From Squalus acanthias (lineage: Eukaryota), in the NCBI GenBank assembly GCA_030390025.1, contig CM059432.1:8122001-8186000 (forward strand): a stretch of 64,000 nucleotides of DNA. Direction: 5' to 3'. The position numbers were made by a program, and so were the translations under genes. This document shows, in pieces, positions 23,960 to 32,640 of this stretch. How positions within the stretch are numbered: position 1 is the first letter of the stretch; each line of letters starts with the position of its first letter. The notes beneath the pieces were generated by a model, which made no database searches, was not told where the DNA came from, and was given only the letters and a program-made list of their open reading frames with translations.

Positions 23960-26572
23960 ATGTTAATAAAGGAAGGAATCACTGTAATACAGAGCAATGA
24001 TATTGGGTCAAAAAATCATGATAATGAAACAGTTTGGGTGGAGATAAGGAATAATAAGGGGAAAAAAACATTAGTGGGCGTAGTCTATAGGCCTCCGAAC
24101 AGTTGCAACTCTATTGGACGGAGTATCAATCAGGAAATAGTTGAGGCATGTAATAAGGGAACATCTATAATTATGGGGGATTTTAACTATCATATTAATT
24201 GGACAAATCAAATGGGGCAGGGCTGCCTTGAGGATGAGTTCATTGAGTGTATTAGGGATGGGTTTCTTGAGCAGTATGTAACTGAACCGAGCAGGGGGCA
24301 AGCAACCTTAGATCTGGTCCTGTGTAACGAGACAGGATTAATTAAAAATGTCCTAGTAAAGGATCCCCTTGGAATGAGTGACCATAACATGGTTGAATTC
24401 CATATTCAATTAGAGGGTGAGAAGGTTGGATCTCAAACAAGCGTGCTAAGCTTGAATAAAGGAGACTATGAAGGTATGCGAGCGGAATTGAGTAGAGTGG
24501 ATTGGGAAAATAGATTAAAGGGTAAGACGACACATGATCAGTGGTGTACATTCAAGGAGTTATTTTACAACTTCCAAAAAAAATATATTCCACTGAAAAG
24601 AAAAGGGTGTAAAAGAAAGGACAGTCATCCGTGGCTAAGTAAAGAAATTAAGGATAGTATTCGACTAAAAACAAGGGCATATAAGGTAGCGAAATCTAGT
24701 GGGAGGACAGAGGATTGGGAAAACTTTAAAAGGCAGCAAAAAATAACAAAAAGATTGATTAAGAAAGGGAAGATAGATTATGAAAGTAAATTAGCAAAAA
24801 ATATAAAAACAGATAGTAAGAGTTTTTATAGTTATATAAAAAGAAAAAGGGTGGCTAAAGTAAATGTTGGTCCCTTAGAGGATGAGACCGGGAAATTAAT
24901 GGTGGGAAATATGGAGATGGCAAAAACACTGAATGAATATTTTGTATCAGTCTTTACAGTAGAGGACACTAAGAATATCCCAACACTGGACAAACAGGGG
25001 GCTATAGGGGGAGAGGAGCTAAACACGATCAAAATCACTAAGGAAGTGGTACTCGGTAAAATAATGGGACTCAAGGCGGATAAATCACCTGGACCTGATG
25101 GCTTACATCCTAGAGTCTTGAAGGAAGTGGCGGTAGGGATTGTAGATGCATTGGTAATAATTTTTCAAAACTCCCTGGATTCCGCTAAGGTCCCGGCAGA
25201 CTGGAAAACTGCTAATGTAACACCCTTATTTAAAAAGGGCAGTAGACAGAAGGCTGGTAACTATAGACCGGTTAGCCTAACATCTGTGGTAGGTAAAATT
25301 TTGGAGTCCATTATTAAGGAAACAGTAACAGGACATTTGGATAATCATAATTTAATAGGACAAAGTCAGCATGGTTTTACGAAGGGGAAGTCATGTTTGA
25401 CAAATTTGCTGGAGTTCTTTGAGGAAGTAACATATAGAGTGGATAAAGGGGAACCAGTGGACGTAGTGTATTTAGACTTCCAAAAGGCATTTGACAAGGT
25501 GCCACACAAAAGATTATTGCTTAAGGTAAAAAATCACGGGATTGGGGGTAATATTCTGGCATGGATAGAGGATTGGCTATCTAACAGAAAGCAAAGAGTT
25601 GGGATAAATGGTTCATTCTCAGACTGGCAATCAGTAACTAGTGGTGTTCCACAGGGGTCAGTGCTGGGTCCCCAACTCTTCACAATCTATATTAACGATT
25701 TGGAGGAAGGGACCAAGTGTAACATATCAAAATTTGCAGATGATACAAAGATGGGAGGGAAAGTAGTGAGTGAGGAGGACATAAAAAACCTGCAAGGGGA
25801 CATAGACAGGCTAAGTAAGTGGGCAGAGATTTGGCAGATGGAATACAACACTGGAAAGTGTGAGGTGATGCACTTTGGCAGGAAAAATCCTAGAGCAATT
25901 TATTATCTTAATGGCAAGAAACTGGAGAGTACTGAAGTGCAAAGGGATCTGGGGGTCCTGGTGCACGAAACTCAAAAGGTTAGTATGCAGGTGCAGCAAG
26001 TGATTAAGAAGGCAAATGGAATGTTGGCTTTCATTGCTAGGGGGATAGAATATAAAAATAGGGAGGTATTGCTTCAGTTGTACAAGGTATTGGTGAGACC
26101 GCACCTGGAATACTGCATACAGTTTTGGTGTCCTTACTTAAGGAAAGACATCCTTGCTCTCGAGGCAGTGCAAAAAAGGTTCACTCGGTTAATCCCGGGG
26201 ATGAGGGGGTGGTCATATGAGGAGAGGTTGGGTAGATTGGGACTCTACTCATTGGAGTTCAGAAGAATGAGACGCGATCTTATTGAAACATATAAGATTG
26301 TGAAGGGGTTGGATCGGGTGGATGCGGGGAGGATGTTCCCGATGACGGGTGAGACGAGAACTAGGGGACATAGTCTTAGAATAAGGGGCTGCTCTTTCAA
26401 AACTGAGATGAGGAGGAACTACTTCACTCAGAGGGTGGTAGGTCCATGGAATATGCTGCCACAAAAAGCTGTAGAAGCTACAACATTAATTAAATTTAAA
26501 ACAGAAATAGACAGTTTCCTAGAAGTAAAGGGCATTAAGGGTTACGGGGAGCGGGCAGGAATTTGGACATGA
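23960..26572 (+). CDS. CR1 ORF2 (partial APE endonuclease + complete RT); uninterrupted 870-aa frame lacking the N-terminus
   Basis: VYRPP, GDFN, SDHN, PGPDG, QHGF, GVPQGSVLGP and FADD motifs with no stops; probably not expressed because it is 5'-truncated. Confidence 0.85.
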   Translation: MLIKEGITVIQSNDIGSKNHDNETVWVEIRNNKGKKTLVGVVYRPPNSCNSIGRSINQEIVEACNKGTSIIMGDFNYHINWTNQMGQGCLEDEFIECIRDGFLEQYVTEPSRGQATLDLVLCNETGLIKNVLVKDPLGMSDHNMVEFHIQLEGEKVGSQTSVLSLNKGDYEGMRAELSRVDWENRLKGKTTHDQWCTFKELFYNFQKKYIPLKRKGCKRKDSHPWLSKEIKDSIRLKTRAYKVAKSSGRTEDWENFKRQQKITKRLIKKGKIDYESKLAKNIKTDSKSFYSYIKRKRVAKVNVGPLEDETGKLMVGNMEMAKTLNEYFVSVFTVEDTKNIPTLDKQGAIGGEELNTIKITKEVVLGKIMGLKADKSPGPDGLHPRVLKEVAVGIVDALVIIFQNSLDSAKVPADWKTANVTPLFKKGSRQKAGNYRPVSLTSVVGKILESIIKETVTGHLDNHNLIGQSQHGFTKGKSCLTNLLEFFEEVTYRVDKGEPVDVVYLDFQKAFDKVPHKRLLLKVKNHGIGGNILAWIEDWLSNRKQRVGINGSFSDWQSVTSGVPQGSVLGPQLFTIYINDLEEGTKCNISKFADDTKMGGKVVSEEDIKNLQGDIDRLSKWAEIWQMEYNTGKCEVMHFGRKNPRAIYYLNGKKLESTEVQRDLGVLVHETQKVSMQVQQVIKKANGMLAFIARGIEYKNREVLLQLYKVLVRPHLEYCIQFWCPYLRKDILALEAVQKRFTRLIPGMRGWSYEERLGRLGLYSLEFRRMRRDLIETYKIVKGLDRVDAGRMFPMTGETRTRGHSLRIRGCSFKTEMRRNYFTQRVVGPWNMLPQKAVEATTLIKFKTEIDSFLEVKGIKGYGERAGIWT

Positions 26573-26814
26573 GTCTAGGTTCGGATCGGTCATGGCCCTG
26601 TGGGTAGTGGAGCGGGCCCAGGGACTGTGTAGCCTGATTCTGCTCCTATTTCGTGTGTGCAATTCTGTTAGATGCAGGAGATGGTTCTGTGATAGATAGT
26701 AGATTGGCGGTTAGGATCAGATCAGCCATGATCTTATTGAATGGCGGAGCAGGCTCGAGGGGCCGATTGGCCTACTCCTGCTCCTATTTCTTATGTTCTT
26801 ATGTTCTTATGTTC
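23960..26814 (+). mobile_element. Young 5'-truncated CR1 LINE nested in ORF1 of the full-length CR1
   Basis: 6-bp TSD TAACCT (23954-23959, 26815-26820); (TTCTTATG)n tail. Confidence 0.95.
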
Positions 26815-27481
26815 TAACCTGCAGTGTGACCAACTCACTAAATGTGCTATCCACAACCCTCTCAGAATCGTGGATGCTCCAAAGTGAGTCCATCCGCAGC
26901 TCAAGGGCCGTCATGCGGTCCCACATGAGCTGCAGCTGGACACACTTCCCGCACACATGGTTGTCAGGGACACAGGAAGCGTCCCTGATTTCCCACATGT
27001 TACAGGAGGAGCATGACACAGGTCCGAGCTCTACTGCCATGACTTAACCCTTATATTACTTTATAATTTTCTAGTTTTAGTTTATTTATTGACTTTTGTT
27101 TTCCCGAAGCTTACTTAGACCAATGTATACTGTACTCCTCTTATTCCTTTTTAAACTAACCAAATCCCACTAGTTTTAGTTTTACTTTCTAGGAAGGTTT
27201 GAGGAAAGTACTTACCAGTTAGTCTTACCTCCCTGGTCTTTCGCTGACTTCCCGGTCTTGTGTCCCCTTGGTCCTACGCCGACTTCCCGCTCCTCCCGGT
27301 TCCTGCCCTGCTGAAAAGAAACTGAGACCAAAAAATTTGTGACCTCTGTTTTTAGACTGCTAAAAGACTAGTAGGTTAGAGGAGGAGGGCGGGTGGGGGT
27401 TCCTACTCTGTAGGAACTCGGGTTTAAGCCACCACCCTCCTTAAATGCCGTTCACCTGGGTGCTTCCCACCTGGTCCGCTT

Positions 27482-27855
27482 CCGGTCTCGTCGCTCCCGA
27501 CAGCAGCCTGTGAAAGAAAAGCCCGCGAAAGTGAGTTCAAATACTCACAGGACCTCCGGTCTCGTCGCTCCCGACAACAGCCTGTGAAAGAAAAGCCCGC
27601 GAAAGTGAGTTCAAATACTCACAGGACCTCCGGTCTCGTCGCTCCCGACAACAGCCTGTGAAAGAAAAGCCCGCGAAAGTGAGTTCAAATACTCACAGGA
27701 CCTCCGGTCTCGTCGCTCCTGACAACAGCCTGTGAAAGAAAAGCCCGCGAAAGTGAGTTCAAATACTCACAGGACCTCCGGTCTCGTCGCTCCCGACAAC
27801 AGCCTGTGAAAGAAAAGCCCGCGAAAGTGAGTTCAAATACTCACAGGACCTCCGG
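27482..27855 (-). repeat. Tandem array of 5 x 74-bp monomers at the 5' end of the full-length CR1
   Basis: Unit CCGGTCTCGTCGCTCCCGACAACAGCCTGTGAAAGAAAAGCCCGCGAAAGTGAGTTCAAATACTCACAGGACCT starting at 27482, 27556, 27630, 27704 and 27778. Confidence 0.97.
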
Positions 27856-28354
27856 ACTTCCAGCATCTTCTGTTTTTATTTTGGGATTGCTTCTGTTCAT
27901 TACAGAAAACCTAAGTTGCCATTTAGAACATAAGAAATAGGAGCAGGAGTCGGCCATACGGCCCCTCGAACCTGCTCCGCCATTCAATAAGATCATGGCT
28001 GATCATCCACCTCAACTCCACTTTCCTGCACTATCCCCATATCCCTTGATTCCCCATGAGTCCAAAAATCTATCGATCTCTGTCTTGAATATACTCAACG
28101 ACTCAGCATCCACAGCCCTCTGGGGTAAAGAAAGAGGTAGAGAATTGTTTTTTCAGGAAATTAAAATTGTCCCCTGTAACGACCGACAAAAGACATGTGC
28201 CATCATTGCCAAAATAGTGAGGGGCTCAAAAGTGCCCCGAAGTTCAGAGTACTTTCAAAAAGGATTAGTGACCTCAGACTAACGGAGGAATCTAAATGAC
28301 AGCACAGTAAAAATGCAAAAAAAAAAGCACCTACAAAGAAAGAAGGGTAACCAT

Positions 28355-29016
28355 GGGCTGGATTTTGATACTGGGGCGGGTTGGGGTTGTGTTATCCACC
28401 CGACTGCAATTGGATGTGGGAGATTGATGCAATTTTCACCTAATTGGGCAATTGAGTTCCAGCATGTGGGAACCCATGAACCAATTAGTGTTTTCAGTCT
28501 GAAAGTCGCCTCTGATGATGTCATCATTGCTGCTGCATTGAAGGTCTGCAAAGACTGCCTGGCCTTTGCTGTGAGAGGACCTGGATGCAAAATGAGCAGC
28601 AGCCCTAAGTCTGCTCCCAGATATTTTTGCACCACCACTCGCAGATATGTCTCCTCCTCATCCATCCATCCACCACCACAGCCAGCCAGCCAGCCACTGA
28701 TAGTCAGCTATCCAAATGTGCTCCCGCCAGGTTTCACATTCGTGCTTCAGAACAGGCGTGCTTCATGTAGAAAAAGGGTTAAAATCACAAAGGCCTTTCA
28801 AAATGGCATTATAGAGGCAATTTAGTGCTTGTTAAGGGCCTTAACAGCCTATCCCGCCTCTTAGAGGCGGGACGGAGTCGGGACCAGCAGACACGATTTA
28901 ATGAAAATTACGTGGAGGCGGGATGGAGGCGGACTCGTGCCCGCCCGCCAGTTTTCGCAATTTTAACCCCCCACACGCCTCAAACCCGCCTCCACGGGTC
29001 AATGAAAATCCAGCCC
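28355..29016. mobile_element. PIF/Harbinger-type MITE, family A copy 1
   Basis: TIRs GGGCTGGATTTT / AAAATCCAGCCC; homologues at 39365 and 41396. Confidence 0.82.
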
Positions 29017-29019
29017 CTT

Positions 29020-29445
29020 GTATTTATCTCACAGCTTTCACTACTTCAGGGCCTTCCAAAGTTCTTCACAGCCAATTAAATGCATTTGAAGAGTAGCCAG
29101 TGTTGCTTTGTAGCCAAATGCGGCCACAAGATCCCACAAACAGCAACTAAGGTAAATAACCAATGAATCTGTTTGTTTTGGTGATGGGGGAAATGTTTGC
29201 CAGGATACTGGGGGGGAACTCCTTGCGTTTTCTTCGAATAGTGTTGTGTGATGTTTTACATTCGCTTGAACAGGGAGACATCACCTTGGTTTAATGTCAC
29301 GGCTGAAAGGCAGCACCCCTGACAACGTGGCACTCCCTCAGTACTGTATTGAAGTGTTAACCGAGATTAAGTGCTCGCAACCTGAAGTCGGTCTTCAGCC
29401 CATAAACTTGTGAGTCAGAGGCGAGAGCGCTAAGCCAAGCTGACA
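29020..29445 (-). mobile_element. Degenerate DeuSINE
   Basis: Reverse-strand similarity to the other SINE copies (CACTCCCTCAGTACTG, CCCACAAACAGCAA). Confidence 0.7.
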
Positions 29446-29889
29446 ATAAACCTAGATATAAGTTTGATGACCTGCAAAAACTGATAGTTTCACAATATAA
29501 TTTTAAGAATAACACAGCACCTCATCCTCAGAATCACCTGTGGAGCATGACTGCTGTCTAAATTTTATCATAAATGAGTGATATATATATAAATGTCCAT
29601 AAAGTCTTCTGTAATACACAGATGAGCACTATTTAGTAAAACCTTTTAAGCTCTCCGTCACTCTGTCCTATGTCCATAGTAATTTGCTGTCCTTCAAGTC
29701 AATATATAAATTAGTGTTTGGCTGTCTTTGGGAACAATTTTATTGTAGAAACAACTACTCCAATACCAACAATAGTTTTAAATCTCCACTTAAGTTCTGT
29801 ACTATTTAACTAGAGAAACATACTCCAACCTTAGACACGAGCTGAGAAATTGGACAGATTTACTGTGTGACATGCTATACACAAAAGTT

Positions 29890-30680
29890 TTTTAAAAATA
29901 TTTGTTCTTGGGGGTGATATTGGAATGGTCACATTTACTGCCCATCTCTGGGTGCCTTGACAAGGTGGTGGTGGGACTTCTCCTTGAACCACTGCAGTCC
30001 TTATGGTGACAACGTTCCCACAATGTTCTGACGAAGGGTCTTCGACCTGAAACGTTAACTCTGTTTCTCTCTCCACGGATGTTGCCTGGCCTGCTGAGTG
30101 TTTCCAGCGTTTTCTGTTGTTGTTTCAATTTTCCAGCATCCGCAGTATTTTGCTATCGTTCCCACAATGCTGTTCGTTAGGGAATTCCAAAATATTGGCC
30201 CAGCGATGAGAAAGGAAGAGTCATGGTGTCCCCCATGTCAAAGCTGTTCATATACTTCTCACTGGTACAGGTTATGGGGCTGGAGGTGCTGTCGAGTTTA
30301 GCTTGGCGAGTTGCTGCCATGCATCCTGTAGATAGTACACTCTGCAGCCAGAGGGTGTAGTGGGTGGATGCTGAGTCCGGTGGCAGGGGTGCTGATCCAG
30401 CAGGGGTGGTGTTGAGCTTCTGGAGTGTCATTGCGGCTGAACTCAACCAAGGCAAGCGGAGAATTTTCCAACATATTCCTGATTTGAGCCTTGTAGATGG
30501 TGGAGAGGCATTGGGGGCGGGGGGAGGGGGGGGGGGGGGGGCGGCGGGTGGTGGTGGTGGTGGGGTGTCAGGAGGTGAGCTACTAATTGCAGAGATCCAG
30601 CTTCTGTCCTGGTCTTTAACCATGGTGGAACAATGGCTGATCCAGTTGAGCTTCTGGTCAATGGTGACCACAGGATGTTT
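29890..30680 (-). mobile_element. Degenerate non-LTR retrotransposon 3' end (clade uncertain); a second 3' fragment lies at ~30850-31012
   Basis: TIDQKLNW and SWNSLP...LQRFKKAAHHHLLKGN remnants; the two copies share the 3' UTR. Confidence 0.6.
30026..30156 (+). mobile_element. 131-bp Penelope-like family A insertion (hammerhead core + tail only)
   Basis: Exact 13-bp TSD CGTTCCCACAATG (30013-30025, 30157-30169); begins TTCTGACGAAGGGTCTTCGACCTGAAACGTTAAC. Confidence 0.88.
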
Positions 30681-30693
30681 AATGATCTAGATA

Positions 30694-30760
30694 CAGTCCA
30701 CACCGCTGATAACGGACACGTTGGTGTCAACGCAATTTGCCCGCTATAAGCGGTGGACTA
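30694..30760. mobile_element. Tiny Tc1/mariner (pogo/Tigger-like) MITE
   Basis: TA flanks; imperfect TIRs CAGTCCACACCGCTGATAACGGACA / TGCCCGCTATAAGCGGTGGACTA. Confidence 0.65.
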
Positions 30761-31093
30761 TATAACTGGTATTTCTAAACTTAAATAAAGAAGGCGGTAC
30801 ATACGCTGGAATAAATGACCGAGAAGTAATTTTAACAAGTATCTTTTTTTTAATTCGAATATGGGATGTGGGCGTTGCTGGCAAGGCCAGCATTTATTGC
30901 CCATCCCTAGTTGCCCTTGAGAAGGTGATGGTGAGCCGCCTTCTTGAACCGCTGCAGTCCGTGTGGTGAAGGTGCTCCCACAGTGCCGTTAGGGAGGGAG
31001 TTCCAGGATTTTAAATGATGAACGCTGGCGATGAATAGTGGCTGCAATGAAAAAGTTTGTTTCGAAGGAAATGGCACCAAAATAATCTTAAAT

Positions 31094-31859
31094 GGGGCAG
31101 AAATTCGGGTCTCCACGGGTGAGTACGCGCTGTGTACTCACCCGTAGGGCCACCGGAAGTGCCGGTTTCGCGCATGCACTGCGCATGCATGGGAAACCGG
31201 AACTTCCGGTCTCGTGAAAGAAGGGGTTCAAGGGTCAACCGTGTGCGCCGGAGAGGCAGCGCGCACGCAGCGAACTTCAGGTTTTTTTTTCAGGTTTCTC
31301 CGTGAGGGTAAGTATGGAGAAGCTGCGCAGGAAAAAAGGAGGCGCAAGGCCTGCTTTTAACAAGGTAAGTGGTGAATTAAGTACAATTTAAACATTTTTT
31401 CAACAGGTTTATCTTTTTTACATACTTTAAAGAAAGGTAAGTTTATTTTTAGCACCGTTAAAAAGTGTAATTAATTTTTTCAAAAATTTAAATTTTTGTA
31501 TAAAGTAGTTAATTTCTGTAATTTATAGTTATTTTAAAAATGTGATGTTTTTTAAAAATGTATTTGAAGTTTAAGTGAGGTTTTGGGGCCGATCTCTATT
31601 CATAGATTTGACAGGTCTTCCTGTCAAAATCTATGAATGAAGATTCCCTGCTCCGATTGGCTCTCCATGGCCCACGTGATCCCAGGGGACGCTTCGAACT
31701 AACTGCGCCCCTGGGATACGCAAGCACTGCGCGCCGGCAGCTGTAGGAGGCCCAGGAGCCGAAGTCCACGCGGGCCCGAAGCACAACGGCAGGCGCGGTA
31801 GGCAAGTACGCGCGCGATTCTTGCACCCGCGGGAAGCCGGAGAGCCGAATTTCTGGCCC
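31094..31859. mobile_element. Harbinger-type MITE, family B copy 2 (inverted relative to 1987-2721)
   Basis: TIRs GGGGCAGAAATTCGG / CCGAATTTCTGGCCC; full-length homology to copy 1. Confidence 0.82.
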
Positions 31860-31992
31860 ATTATAAGAGCTCCACGTTCATGCTGTTAAATATCTATTTT
31901 TAGGTTTGTGGTACCTCTTCAAAGGAGTTTGAAAGCCCATAGCTAAATATGGGTATAAGATGTATATACGTACTCAGAACCAGAAGAACTAA

Positions 31993-32640
31993 CATAAGCT
32001 CGAGGAACAGCACCTCATCTTTCGATTAGGCACTTTACAGCCTTCTGGACTCAACATCGAGTTCAACAATTTCAGACTATAACCTCTGCCCCTATTTTTT
32101 CAAAAATGAGAAGTCGCACAACACCAGGTTATAGTCCAACAGATTTATTTAAAATTACAAGCTTTCGGAGCTATCGATCGCCCCTTCTTCAGGTAAAGTT
32201 ACTTATGAGTATAGTAACTTTACATAAGTAACTTTACCTGACGAAGGGGCGATCGATAGCTCCGAAAGCTTGTAATTTTAAATAAATCTGTTGGACTATA
32301 ACCTGGTGTTGTGCGACTTCTCATTTTTGTCCACCCCAGTCCAACGCCGGCATCTCCGCATCATGACCTATTTTTTCAGGCAGCAGCTGTTGATTATTCT
32401 GCCATCCCCATTTGCAACATTTAATCTCTCCTGCCTTCCATCCTATCACAGGCCGTCCCTTTTGTTCCTTCCTCCCCTCCTCCCCCCTTTCCCCGCCTCT
32501 GTACTAGCTTAAAATCTGTTACATCTCTAACTTTTTCCAGTTCTGACGAAGGGTCACAGACCTGAAACGTTAACTCTGTTTCTCTCTTCACTTTAGCTGC
32601 CTGGCCTGCTGAGTGTTTCCAGCATTTTCTGTTGTTATTT
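31993..32640 (+). mobile_element. Penelope-like family A 3' end with hammerhead at 32539-32575, hosting a family B insert
   Basis: KLEEQHLIFRLGTLQPSG coding end; exact 12-bp TSD CAGAAGAACTAA (31981-31992, 32641-32652). Confidence 0.9.
32101..32366. mobile_element. Palindromic Penelope-like family B mini-insertion with two opposed hammerheads (32155-32196 minus, 32234-32275 plus)
   Basis: ~107-bp inverted arms 32101-32207 / 32223-32329; TSD CCTATTTTTT (32091-32100, 32367-32376). Confidence 0.9.

Larger units (their letters stand above)
23231..27040 (-). pseudogene. CR1 ORF1 (N-terminal Cys zinc finger/coiled coil + SGNH esterase-like domain), split by the nested insertion and frameshifted at an A-run
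   Basis: 26807-27040 (CSSC...CGKC); 23511-23930 (VIGDSIVR, LPGA, HVGTND); 23231-23449 (LYKRDGLHL). Confidence 0.88.
20190..27855 (-). mobile_element. Full-length CR1 LINE (5' monomer array, 5' UTR, ORF1, ORF2, tail), interrupted by a nested CR1
   Basis: ORF1 start at 27040, ORF2 23156-20288, (TCTATGTA)n tail; 5-bp TSD ACTTC (20185-20189, 27856-27860) inside an old PLE-A-like tail whose sequence resumes across the insertion. Confidence 0.93.

Noticed and set aside
27482..27855. Possible CRISPR array
   Set aside because: Units are contiguous near-identical 74-mers with no unique spacers; the context is eukaryotic and has no cas genes.
30177..30730. Proline- or glycine-rich ORFs
   Set aside because: Produced by a poly-G/(GGT)n run (30513-30566) inside a decayed LINE.
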